Shown piece after piece: positions 25,973 through 37,097 of a stretch of 39,195 nt of DNA. Each line of letters begins with the position of its first letter. Position 1 is the stretch's first letter. This stretch comes from Octopus sinensis (lineage: Eukaryota), in the NCBI RefSeq assembly GCF_006345805.1, contig NW_021835756.1:1-39195 (forward strand). The letters are read 5' to 3'. The position numbers and the translations under genes are program-made. The notes beneath the pieces were generated by a model. The model ran no database searches. It was not told the origin of the DNA and was given only the letters and a program-made list of their open reading frames with translations.

Positions 25973-25990
25973 CATACAGACACACATATA
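25897..25990. repeat. (CA)n-(TA)n microsatellite
   Basis: Direct reading. Confidence 0.95.
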
Positions 25991-27282
25991 CAAATTGAGT
26001 GAACGGAGCAGTTAAAATCAAGGCAACATATGTTTCCTACCTATCAAAACCTGGGATCCTTGGAAGTAATAATTAATCAAAGCGGGAACAAGCGACTCAT
26101 CCGGCCGAAGATAATTTAGTTAAATGAAAAAGTCAAATGTTCCTGGAAGTTGATTTTCCTACCAAATTCGGACTGCTTGAAACTTACCAACTTCCTACAC
26201 CTAGATTCTTGAATCTTACAATTACAAATCATTACGTATATACATTGTTGAATATTTACTCTTAGAAATTTTGCGTGCGCGTACCCTAAAATTATGTGCA
26301 CGAGACTAGTAATATCCAACAACTGCATTTATTTAATAAATTTATATTTGGATTACCTGTGAAATTAGAACATCAGTTTGAACGGCAGACTGGAAAGAGG
26401 ACCAGCCTTACATATAAGAGAACACCTTTGATACACACAAATACAGATATGCATATATGTGTATGTGTGCGCATGTGTGTATGCTATATGTATGTGTGTT
26501 TCTGTGTGTGTGTCGATGAGTGTGTGTATGTATGTATTTATATGTGTGTGTGAGTATGTGATTGTGTGTATATTTGATTCACAGACACAATTGTTTCTCG
26601 ACATTACATATTCACATTATTCTATACACATCATACAAGCATCTATGAATGCACACATACGTATAGGCAGAGACAAACGCATAGACGATACATGCATTTA
26701 GGTATCATATTTTATGCATACGTGTGCGTGTATACGTATGGGTGATGGGTTTCATTGAAATATGTGAAAACATACTAGCATACCTCTACACGTATGTATA
26801 TGCTTTGTGAATTTGTTAGCATAATTTTCTATATAATGTTGCACGCAATTTCTGCTCTAGAGCTCTTGAGGTATCGATTTGAATTTATTGCGACTTTCAT
26901 AAATTACACGTGACATTTATTTAATTATTTTGATTAACACTAGTGAGCTAATTATATTAGTGAACGCGCAATATAATTAAATAAACATTTTTTCGGTTTT
27001 TTTTTTAATATTTATTGTGGCAAAAACCTTGCACACGCATATAGACCTCTACTCTAATGGAGATATCACGTTGAAATATTTCGAAAATATTATTTTATTA
27101 TATAATAATCACATGGAATCATACAAAAAGTATGCAAGCATAGATACATACATACACACATACATAAACACACAAATCCATATATATATATAATTATGTA
27201 ATTATACAATGTTTGTGTGCATATTTTTGTATTCTATTTCTATTGTTGAATACTGGATGTGCGCATAGGTGTGTGTGTATGC

Positions 27283-27294
27283 ATATTATATATA

Positions 27295-27329
<35 letters not shown>

Positions 27330-27352
27330 GATATATAGATATATATATATAA

Positions 27353-27383
<31 letters not shown>

Positions 27384-27453
27384 ATATGTATATATATATG
27401 TATATATATATATATATTTGTATGTGTGTGTGTGAATATATGTATGTATATAC

Positions 27454-27486
<33 letters not shown>

Positions 27487-27637
27487 ATATACGTACACAT
27501 GTTTATGTATATATGTCATATATACATGTATAAATTCATATATACATATATTTACACACACACAAACACACAAACACACATACATATGTATATATATATA
27601 GATAGATATGCCCATATACACCCACATACATATATAT
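27283..27637. repeat. Degenerate (TA)n tract
   Basis: Direct reading. Confidence 0.9.
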
Positions 27638-28230
27638 GAACGTTTACGTATAAGAAGTCGATAGATCAGTCGAAATGTGCAAATTTGCTGTTACCTTTAT
27701 TTCGGTTAAAGTAACTAATATGGCAAGTGTTATAGTAAAAATGTGTTAGGTTAAAATTAAGCTAACCGTATTGGTAAATGAATACATCAACTAACCTATA
27801 TCCTAGTGAGAAAGGGTGAAAATAATTTTAGAAGAAACACGAGTTCCTAGAGGCTGTTTCAAGAGGAACTATCAGTAATGGATAACAGAATTAAGGAAGC
27901 ATAAATTATGGGTGTATATTTTGAAAAGCGGTAAATTAATTATGCATAGTTGAAATACAATTGAAATATGATGATTATACACTGACAGTAACAAATGAGT
28001 TATTATTTCAGAAATTATTTTTCATTGGAATTTCATTACCATTGTATAGCCTCGTTTGTCACACTGCTGATATTGCAATGTTAGAATAATTATAATTTAC
28101 CGCATACGTCATCTGGTTCATGTGACGTATAACCGCGAGAGACAACATGAAAACAAATCAAGTTGACAACATATGTTCTAGCTTTAATTTTCCCCTCCTA
28201 GAAATAACCTAATTTTTCATCTGTTATTTT

Positions 28231-28270
28231 ATTCAGACATTAGACCGCAGCCATGCTGGGGCACCGCTTG
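28231..28270 (-). mobile_element. SINE family B / L2-type 3' tail fragment
   Basis: TTCAGACATTAGACCGCAGCCATGCTGGGGCACCGC. Confidence 0.7.
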
Positions 28271-28474
28271 GAGATGTGTTGTTATATGTTACATTCTTTA
28301 GGAATGGGGCATCTCTTGGAGAATTTTAGTCGGACGAATCGGGCCAAGTATATATATATATATATATATTACTGTAAAATAACATATCATCATAGTATAT
28401 ATACTCTCCAATGTGAATATTTAAAACAATATATATATACAAAAAATGGCCGAAAAATAATGAGCTAACTCCAG

Positions 28475-28538
28475 CCACAATCGAACCCACAAATCAACGC
28501 TAACACGGCTCCTAGTACATCCAATTGGGCTAAACGCT
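28475..28538 (-). pseudogene. tRNA-like remnant (degenerate tRNA pseudogene or isolated SINE head)
   Basis: Minus strand TAGCCCAATTGG (A-box-like) and GTGGGTTCGATT (B-box-like) at tRNA-like spacing; cloverleaf stems not intact. Confidence 0.35.
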
Positions 28539-28655
28539 CACATATGAATCTTCATCAAATTTAATGAATATATACATAAACCGTCTAATACTACAGATAA
28601 TATTTCCAAACAAACCAGAAAAGCTATCAGCCCTTTATGTCGATCAAGTAGGCTA

Positions 28656-28759
28656 TAGGGACGTAAACACACCGAAACACAGCCACAGAGACGCAAGTAT
28701 GCACATACACATACAATACACACATACATATTTGTATATATATATATGTATATATATAT

Positions 28760-28811
<52 letters not shown>

Positions 28812-28972
28812 GTACATGAATATATATACATACGAAGGACTTTTTTAACTTTCAATCTCCTAAACCATTTACAAGGCTTTCGTCGGCTCAAGGTCATGGC
28901 ATAATATACATCCCTAATGTGTCACATAAGGGGATTGAACTTGGAGCAATGCGGTTGGGCAGCAAACTTCTT
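28656..28972 (-). mobile_element. Degenerate SINE family B with expanded internal (TA)n
   Basis: GGGACGTAAACACACC...ACAAGGCTTTCGTCGGCTCAAGG...GGGATTGAACTTGGAGCAATGCGGTTGGGCAGCAAACTTCTT. Confidence 0.7.
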
Positions 28973-29636
28973 GAGGGGTATAATGTATCGTCATATACAT
29001 ACTAAGTTTACTTGTGTAAAAGTCAAAACTATATAGCAACGACAAAATATCTTTTCATTATTGGTTTGCCTAGCCATGTATCATCTCAGGCTCAGCAATA
29101 ACAACAACAGCGTCAATATCAATGCAAATATTAAATGTAAATAATAATTGTTTGAGGCTATTTATCTACCGACATTTACAGATTCTTCATATATGCCAAT
29201 AGGCATCATCCCAAGACTATCGATTACAAACAGGATTTTCGATCTATTTCCGACATGTCATAAAGTTTCATGGATACAGAAATATATATATATATATATA
29301 TATATACTAACTCTATATTTTCCAGGTCTGAAAAACATTATCGGATTTGATATTTGCAAATATCGATTATTTCCAATTATTGATTACTCCTATTTGCACA
29401 AGATCAGACTCAATTTGGTTTAACTCTTCTAAGTACTGTACAGTAGTTACTAAATCATTGACAGTACTGTCAAAATCATAGCCTATCTTGCCTAAATACA
29501 AATACAGATTAAATAAAATGTAATACATATAATTATTTGCTTGATCCTTGATAACATGGAAAGTAGTTTCACATAGGGTTAAACAGGAATTCATTCCAAA
29601 GGTTTCCAGGAAATTGTGTTTGATTTATATACTTTG

Positions 29637-29640
<4 letters not shown>

Positions 29641-29710
<70 letters not shown>
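29641..29710. repeat. Perfect (TA)n
   Basis: Direct reading. Confidence 0.97.
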
Positions 29711-29712
<2 letters not shown>

Positions 29713-30287
29713 TGATAGATAAGTAGATTGATAGATAAGGCGATAGATACACAGACAAATAAATAGAAAGATAGTTAGATACACACTCACATGCAGAACA
29801 CACACTCACAAACACACATATACCTACACTCATTCATATATACACTCGGTTGACGTCTAAGACATGGAATTTATACTAATCTCCCTTTAAAATTCTCCTT
29901 ATTTCGCGCAACGTTATGTACAAGCTCACTTGCTAGAAATAGTATACAAATGCATCTCCCATCACACACTAGAGCTGGAAAATGGTGAACACTTAGTTTT
30001 ACGGTATCACGGGTACATTATCGCAATAAATGAATGAAGGAAAATCATCTTCGTTTAGAATAAGACTGCTCAGTGAGTGACGACCAGAGATTGTAGAACT
30101 ACATTAATGAATGTACGATTAAATTATTCTACTTTCAAAACCGCCCACTCTCAGTAACCTGCATTTTAATAATCATAACCACGTTTTAGTACTTCTTCCT
30201 GGCCCTTAAACGTCCATATTTGTTTTCAAATAGTGCTATGTATCATATGCATTTTTACCAATGTTTCTTCTATAATACAATGATCCT

Positions 30288-30372
30288 GTCTACTAAACGT
30301 ACAAGGACTGAAATTCTAGGAGAGGTAACTAGTCAATTACATCGACCCCAGTGTTTCACTGCCGCTCAATTT
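30288..30372 (-). mobile_element. SINE family A tail-type-2 fragment
   Basis: TCTACTAAACGTACAAGGACTGAAATT...CAATTACATCGACCCCAGTG. Confidence 0.6.
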
Positions 30373-30539
30373 ATACACAGGACAGGACAGCCAAGCGATT
30401 TAGGGATTCCCCTCTTTTAGATCCATATTTCGTAACTAAAATATATTGAACGTTAATTTCATTCAATACACTTATGTACCAGTAATGAAATTCATTTGCG
30501 AATAGCAACTGAGCGCTTTGCATTTCAAACAAAATTATG

Positions 30540-30634
30540 TACATATACATTTACGTATATACATACACACACACACACACACACACAAACGCACAAACAC
30601 ACACATACACATAAATACACATGTATATATATAT

Positions 30635-30666
<32 letters not shown>

Positions 30667-30758
30667 ACATATATATTCCTGTATATATATATATGCTTAC
30701 ACAAATATATATATACATACAAACACACATGCATACACTCATATATATATATATATAT
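30540..30758. repeat. (CA)n/(TA)n compound tract
   Basis: Direct reading. Confidence 0.9.
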
Positions 30759-31472
30759 GATTTGGTATGTCTTGATAAGAAATCAATATATTTTCATTAG
30801 TAGGTAATAAAAAATATCAACACAGACCAAAAATGACTGGCAAATATCCATATCGATTACTGCCAGTTTTTGGTGTTTCTCTCTATTATAAACATATTGC
30901 AAACTGCATCAGTTTCTATCTCCCCTTAATAATGGCCAATTTCATACTAAGGTAAGGCTACACACGCCTGTCGTTAGTTTCTCAGCAGATCTAGACATTA
31001 AAAAAAAATGGTCTAAAACTTTAAATTGTGTAAACAGTTGTAAAAAAAAATCTTAGGCTTTCATTAGAAAAGTAGAATGTGTTTCAACTAATTTCGTTTT
31101 AGAGCAATGTTGGTTGTATATCTAATATGCAGTCTATTTTTTCTTCTGTCTAACATTGTTATAAACTCATATTTATCGTTAAGCAAATGGTATAATTTCT
31201 ATGATGCAGAGAGATAAAATATATATTTCAAGCTAGTTAGAGGAATATGAAACATACAGAATATAATAAAGGATAAGACTAAATTGCTCTAAGCGTATTA
31301 AGTCAACCGTTGCGCATTTTTGACGAGAGCATTATATATTCTGCGTACACCACTTGTGAAATATGTTTGGTTAACGTTAGTTAATCAAACACAAACACAT
31401 ACACACACGCATACACACAAACACACACACACAGAGCACAAACACATACACAAACACACACGTATATATATA

Positions 31473-32650
31473 CAGGGTACGTAAGGTATTTATGGACCTA
31501 CCGTTTTTGGGTCATTACTGCATTTTTTGCTATCTCTGTATAATCTTCGTTTCAGAAAATGATAATAGCAGACACTCAGCTTACTCAAGAAATGACAAGG
31601 CATGCTGTTATTGTGGTTATAAATCTGAGCATAGTGATTTAGAAATATCTTCATTTTTAAAGTTGCCAGAGCTTTCGTGTACAAAGTTTTGAAGGAGCTT
31701 GAGACTGAAGAATAATATGTATCACCAGCATCAAAGCTTATAAAGTATTCGAAACGCTTTGAATTCATCAGAACCCCTGAATACATCAAAGTTCAACAGA
31801 CCATGGATTACAATCCCAGAAAGTACATGGGGTCCATTGTCAGAAGAGACAGTCAGAAATGCTGTCCACGAAGACATCAGATATATGTCTTATATCTTAT
31901 GATGAAAGGACAATTTGTTAGAAAAAGCAAAAGAAGATCACTACATCAGAGCTTAAAGGCTCTTAAATAAACTGAACATTCCAACAGAAGATTTGATTTG
32001 CTTTTTCTCAAATGATAAAAAAAATACTGCGACCAAGATCGAAAAGCTAATAGAAGAAATGACAGATGATTATGTGTAAACCCTTCTGAACTTTCGAGTG
32101 TTATGCATACAAAATTATCTGCAACTATCATGGATTCAGGGGTTGTCAGCAATGAAGGACATGTGATGCCGCCTTATTTCTTTCCACAGAGACTTAGATT
32201 TAACTCTTCCGCCTACAATGAGTTCCTTGAAGTAATTGTTAAGTCCAGGATAGACAGTGTATGCAACGGAAGGCCATTTGTGTTTCAGCAAATCTTTGCC
32301 CTATCACAAATGGCTCTAGTAGAACAGGAAAGATGGCTGAAAATGTTTATGATCACATAGCCCCTAACACTTGGCCTCTAATTCCTCAGATCTCAATCCA
32401 TAAGACTATTACCTGTGAAACGTTGTTGAGATGCCATAGCATCTTGATTGGACCACTTGATTGGAGCATGTAGATGATTGAGATCTGATATAGAAACAGT
32501 TGTTAAAAGTGAAGGTAGCTTTATTGAATAACATTTTAGAAAAGAAGGTGTAGTTTTATCCTAATAACATTATTTGGTAACTAAAGTCATCTGTTATTAT
32601 ATATGTTTTTTATAAACATAAATCTGCCCTCAAATATCTTACGCACCCTA
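31473..32650 (+). mobile_element. Decayed Tc1/mariner-superfamily DNA transposon, maT/DD37D-like, ~1.18 kb
   Basis: Imperfect TIRs CAGGGTACGTAAGGTATTT (31473) / AAATATCTTACGCACCCTA (ends 32650) in TA context; internal transposase remnants. Confidence 0.88.
31590..32420 (+). pseudogene. Frameshifted/stop-containing DD37D-like transposase
   Basis: Fragments FLKVARAFVYKVLKEL, HEDIRY, DQDRKANRRNDR, GVVSNEGHVMPPYFFPQRLRFNSSAY...GRPFVFQQ, ENVYDHIAPNTWP, DLNP*DYY. Confidence 0.88.
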
Positions 32651-32696
32651 TTTATATACATATATACATACACACACATATATAAATATATGTTTG

Positions 32697-32731
<35 letters not shown>

Positions 32732-32868
32732 GTTACGAAGTGTGCATATTTTGATAGATTTTTTGCATTGTGTTTCAAGACTATGTTATATTGAACTTGC
32801 TGAAAGATACACAAATACTCTAGTCTCACATGTGATATAAATGTTTATGTTTAATCGAGCTTTCCAGC

Positions 32869-33095
32869 AATTGTCACTTTCTCTATATGAGATATAATCT
32901 CCCCAGATTTTATGTTAGTTTAGAAAGGGCCTTGAACGAGAATTTTCGCAAAGAAATCACTTTTTTTTCAACATTCTGCCGATGAAATTGAAAGAAGAGT
33001 CTTACATTAACACAGACAAACGCGCAGAGTCATATATACGTAAATACACACACACATTTATATATATATATGTATATATATATATATTATATATA

Positions 33096-33144
<49 letters not shown>

Positions 33145-33351
33145 ATACATATATATATATAAATGTGTGTGTGTATTTACGTATATATGACTCTGCGCGT
33201 TTGTCTGTGTTAATGTAAGACTCTTCTTTCAATTTCATCGGCAGAATGTTGAAAAAAAAAGTGATTTCTTTGCGAAAATTCTCGTTCAAGGCCCTTTCTA
33301 ACTAACATAAAATCTGGGGAGATTATATCTCATATAGAGAAAGTGACAATT
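32869..33351. repeat. Near-perfect palindrome: ~210-bp arms (32869-33078, 33143-33351) around a (TA)n centre
   Basis: Arms are exact reverse complements apart from two single-base homopolymer length differences that I could see; ORFs 32982+ and 33002- encode the same peptide. Confidence 0.97.
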
Positions 33352-33383
33352 ATATATATATATATATTATATATATATATATA

Positions 33384-33414
<31 letters not shown>

Positions 33415-34293
33415 CATATAGACACACGCTTACACACAAAGACACACATGCACTCATATATAATACACGCACGTATATACACATATATCTTAACATACAC
33501 AGTCATAAGTATACATACACACGCATCAAAGACACCAATACAGAATGAACAAATGTTTGGCGGAATCAGTTTGGTAATGTACACCTTATTCTCCCCAAGT
33601 AACCCTTGTATATTTACTTGGTTTTGGTTCCCAAGATCATTTTTTTTCCTATTCTAATTTTTTCCCTACCTGAAGACTATTCAACAGCAAATCCTATTTA
33701 CGTAGCAAATAACAAAAGATACAAAAAGAAATACAAAAATATGAACCCTTTTCTGCTCTAGTTATGTCGTCTGACATATTCCAACTTTCCACATAAAAAT
33801 ATAACAATATAAATTTTAAATAAAATGCACGGTTTTTTTTATGGCTCTCTCGTACAACATAGCTTCTTGTTATTCCAAGTTGTTTCATTAATAAATATGG
33901 AAATATCAACATAAAAATTTATATTGATATAAATTTGTATTGAGTACAGTGGTAGAATATTTTTTATGGAGATTTCTCTAATCGTTCAAACAAATCTGGA
34001 AATAACACTAATGGAGGAATTCCATCATTATATTTGCAAGCGTATAGAAAACTGATTATAATATAGTGCAATATGATAAAGAAAATATATTGTATGATAT
34101 ACTATTATGTAACTATTCAAATTCGAAGCTTGCTTCGAAGAAGTCGTAGTAAATCTGTTACGATATACAATTTTGTAAAGAACAACAGAAATAAACTTAG
34201 TAACAGTGAAATGCTTAATATTAACCCCCCCACGCATTATGTCTGTTTTTGTTTTGTCAAACCCCTCCATCGCCCTTGCGGCAAATAAATGGA

Positions 34294-34355
34294 ATCATCA
34301 TCTGCATCATCATCATCATCATCATTATTATTATTATTATTATGATTATTATTAT

Positions 34356-34391
<36 letters not shown>
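34294..34391. repeat. (CAT)n-(TTA)n-(AAT)n compound array
   Basis: Direct reading. Confidence 0.93.
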
Positions 34392-34393
<2 letters not shown>

Positions 34394-34463
34394 TAAAAGA
34401 TGGGCTACAGCAAATATTCTGCTCAATACCACAGATTTGCTTGTCAGTTGTTTGACCTTAAAC
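34392..34463 (+). mobile_element. 72-bp fragment of the repeat at 134-377, embedded in (AAT)n
   Basis: Identical by eye to ~134-206 (TATAAAAGATGGG...GACCTTAAACT). Confidence 0.92.
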
Positions 34464-34490
34464 TAATAATAATAATAGCATTATAAAACA

Positions 34491-34882
34491 CGTGTCGATC
34501 TCTCAATCTAGTTGGAGCACATGGAAGCGGGAGATCCATGAAGAAATTAAATGAAGTGCAGAAGAATGACCTCAGGACTCTGAAACCTTAAGGCAAGAGG
34601 AAAAACAAGCGAGATACCTGAGGCTTTGCTGTACTCAAGAAGACCAGTGATCCACAACAGATTTGTTAAGACCGGTCCCTCTGACGATGTAAAGCACTTG
34701 TGGAGGTGCCTCGTAAAAGCAACGAGCACACTATGTAGAGTGGTTTCCGTTAGGAAGGGCATCAGGTCTCAGGAATCATGCAAAATCAGTCTGGCATCTA
34801 GTGGTGCACCCCAGCTGGCCAGCTCAAACCAGCCAACCCTTATCAGCATGAATAACAGACGTTAACTGATGATGATGATGAC
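34491..34882 (+). mobile_element. 5'-truncated RTE-clade LINE 3' end with (GAT)n tail
   Basis: Translates CRSLNLVGAHGSGRSMKKLNEVQKNDLRTL, then RDT*GFAVLKKT (degenerate G-x-RGRPRKTW...DL...DR..WR C-terminal motif of RTE ORF2); UTR with CGTTAGGAAGGGCATC and terminal CGTTAACTGATGATGATG. Confidence 0.75.
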
Positions 34883-34887
34883 GATAA

Positions 34888-34894
34888 TATATGC

Positions 34895-34947
<53 letters not shown>

Positions 34948-34965
34948 CATATATATTATATATAC

Positions 34966-34998
<33 letters not shown>

Positions 34999-35005
34999 CG
35001 TATAC

Positions 35006-35042
<37 letters not shown>

Positions 35043-35099
35043 TTATATATATATATGTATATATAATATGTTATACATACATATAGATATATACATAAT

Positions 35100-35150
<51 letters not shown>

Positions 35151-35250
35151 AAAAATATATGTATATATATGTATGTATATGTATATTATGTGTGTGGTGT
35201 GTGTGCGTGTTGTGTGAGTGAGAGTGTGTATCTATGTATATACGTATACA
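34888..35250. repeat. Long interrupted (TA)n then (TG)n
   Basis: Direct reading. Confidence 0.93.
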
Positions 35251-35254
35251 ATTT

Positions 35255-35365
35255 TATTGCTCCTGACGATAGTTTCGACTAATCGTGCATCGATATCTCG
35301 GTGGTCGGTTGCTGTACAATTGGTTGTGGTGTATCCCTCGTTTCGGAAACTCTCGTAAGGTGATA
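35255..35365 (+). ncRNA. Degenerate hammerhead-ribozyme-like motif
   Basis: TATTGCTC-CTGACGA-(76 nt)-GAAAC-TCTC-GTA-AGGTGATA; stem I 7/8 pairs including G-U; stem II closing pairs poor. Confidence 0.35.
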
Positions 35366-35984
35366 TTATTAGGAGTATCTTGTTAGATAAACTCTGTTAT
35401 GATCGGTTCTAATACAGCAGAATCTTAGTGACCCTAGGTTTAAGCCATTGGGCAGGAATGATGTGAGTCACATTCCATTGTGACGTTATGGACCACGACT
35501 GAGATTAATAAGAATGAAAGAAGTTTTTTTTACTCTCTGCTTTGTCTATAAGGTCTCAACGGGTTGTATCCCTCGCTCTCCTTCGCATCGGCTTAAACAT
35601 ATGGTATCTAGCAACATGGTATATTAAATCCTAGTGAAACAGGGTTTATTTAGCGAGGTTCCCCTTATAACATCACCTGAACAAGACGCTTGTGCACTGA
35701 GGGATGCATCACAACCGCATATAAAGTATATCACTCCGAGGAATCGATCCAGGATGAGTCGAATCGATCGTTGTGAGCAGTAACGTTTATCGTATATCAC
35801 ATTCTCCGTCTCTATCAATTTAAAATACTCAGAGGAAGCCCAGCGGTAGATCCAGCGGAAATTGTGTAAAACCTGTGGATGACATCACGTAGATATAGGC
35901 ACCATCGGCTTCATCGGTTTACAATATGAATATTACAAACACTTACATATATACGTATATATATATATACATATATATATATAC

Positions 35985-36150
35985 GTATAGAAGGTTTGGA
36001 GGTGATGTACAGGTATTACAGATTAGAAGAAATCTGGAGATTCTACTAGAGTAGATGCAAGCGCTAATATATGATTTAAAAAAACGGGTAACATATTAAA
36101 AATATCTGTAATATAAAACCATCCAGATTTCTGAGTACCTTATTCTCCAA
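35985..36150 (+). mobile_element. Possible Penelope-like terminal-repeat fragment between (TA)n arrays
   Basis: Ends AATATCTGTAATATAAAACCATCCAGATTTCTGAGTACCTTATTCTCC, recalled as an abundant TA-embedded cephalopod repeat end; class is inference. Confidence 0.35.
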
Positions 36151-36334
36151 TATATGTATGTATGTATGTATATATATATATATATATAGTATATATATAT
36201 AATATATTATAATATATATATATATTATATGATATATATATTATATTATAATATATATTATATGTATATATATATATATATGTATATTTATATATATGGT
36301 ATATATATATATGTATAATATATATTGTATATAT

Positions 36335-36396
<62 letters not shown>
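36151..36396. repeat. Degenerate (TA)n array
   Basis: Direct reading. Confidence 0.93.
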
Positions 36397-36690
36397 GGAG
36401 GCGCAATGGCCTAGTGGTTAGGGCAACGGACTCGCGGTCGCAGGATCGCGGTTTCGATTCCCAGAACGGGCGTTGTGAGTGTTTATTGAGCGAAAACACT
36501 AACAGCCCCACGAGGCTCCGGCAGGGGGTGGTGATCCCTGCTGTACTCATTCACCATCTTTTCTTCTGTTGGCATGCTCGCTTAGCCAGCGGTGGTGGCG
36601 TCATTCGAAGGCTAAAACAATGCGAAGTGCATTGTGACCAGCGATGTGTAACAACATCTGATGGTCTGGTCGGTCACGTGATCACGTGAT
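36397..36690 (+). mobile_element. tRNA-derived SINE with family C head and an alternative tail, inserted in (TA)n
   Basis: A box TGGCCTAGTGG, B box GGTTTCGATTCCC; first ~160 bp match the reverse complement of 4688-4853; tail ends TCACGTGATCACGTGAT. Confidence 0.92.
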
Positions 36691-37097
36691 TATATATATA
36701 TATATACGTATATATATGTCGGTTACGTGCACGTATGTTTTTGTGTGCGCGAGTGTGTATTTTTATACGTGTACATGAATGCTTGCATATTTTTGTGTGC
36801 ATCTATTTGACGTATGTGTGTGCGCGCATGTGTGTGTTTCATGCGAGTCTGAATGAACGTGTGCATATACGTAGATGCACATTGGTGTGTTTGCGCGCAT
36901 GTCTATGTATACACATGGCGCACATGCGATAGCTATGAGCTTCCTTACTGTTTTACCTTTGACCTTTTACTTCCGCAGCATCGTAATTTTGCCCTTGGTG
37001 AATGCTCATTCTAATAGTTTTTTGTCTTAATAACGGTCATTTACATTCTAATTTCACTTTGTTTAACGGTCATTTTCATAGCATATTTTAAATTAAA

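Noticed and set aside
26182-26325. 135-nt open minus-strand segment between GCAG and GTAAGT
   Set aside because: The acceptor lacks a pyrimidine tract and the peptide is unrecognisable; too weak to call an exon.
30826-30874. Hairpin ACCAAAAATGACTGGCA...TGCCAGTTTTTGGT as a pre-miRNA
   Set aside because: Stem only ~14 bp with an 18-nt loop; no recognisable miRNA sequence.
36397-36470. tRNA gene (also 4780-4853 and the family A heads)
   Set aside because: A/B boxes continue directly into SINE bodies with TSDs or tails; these are SINE heads, not tRNA genes.
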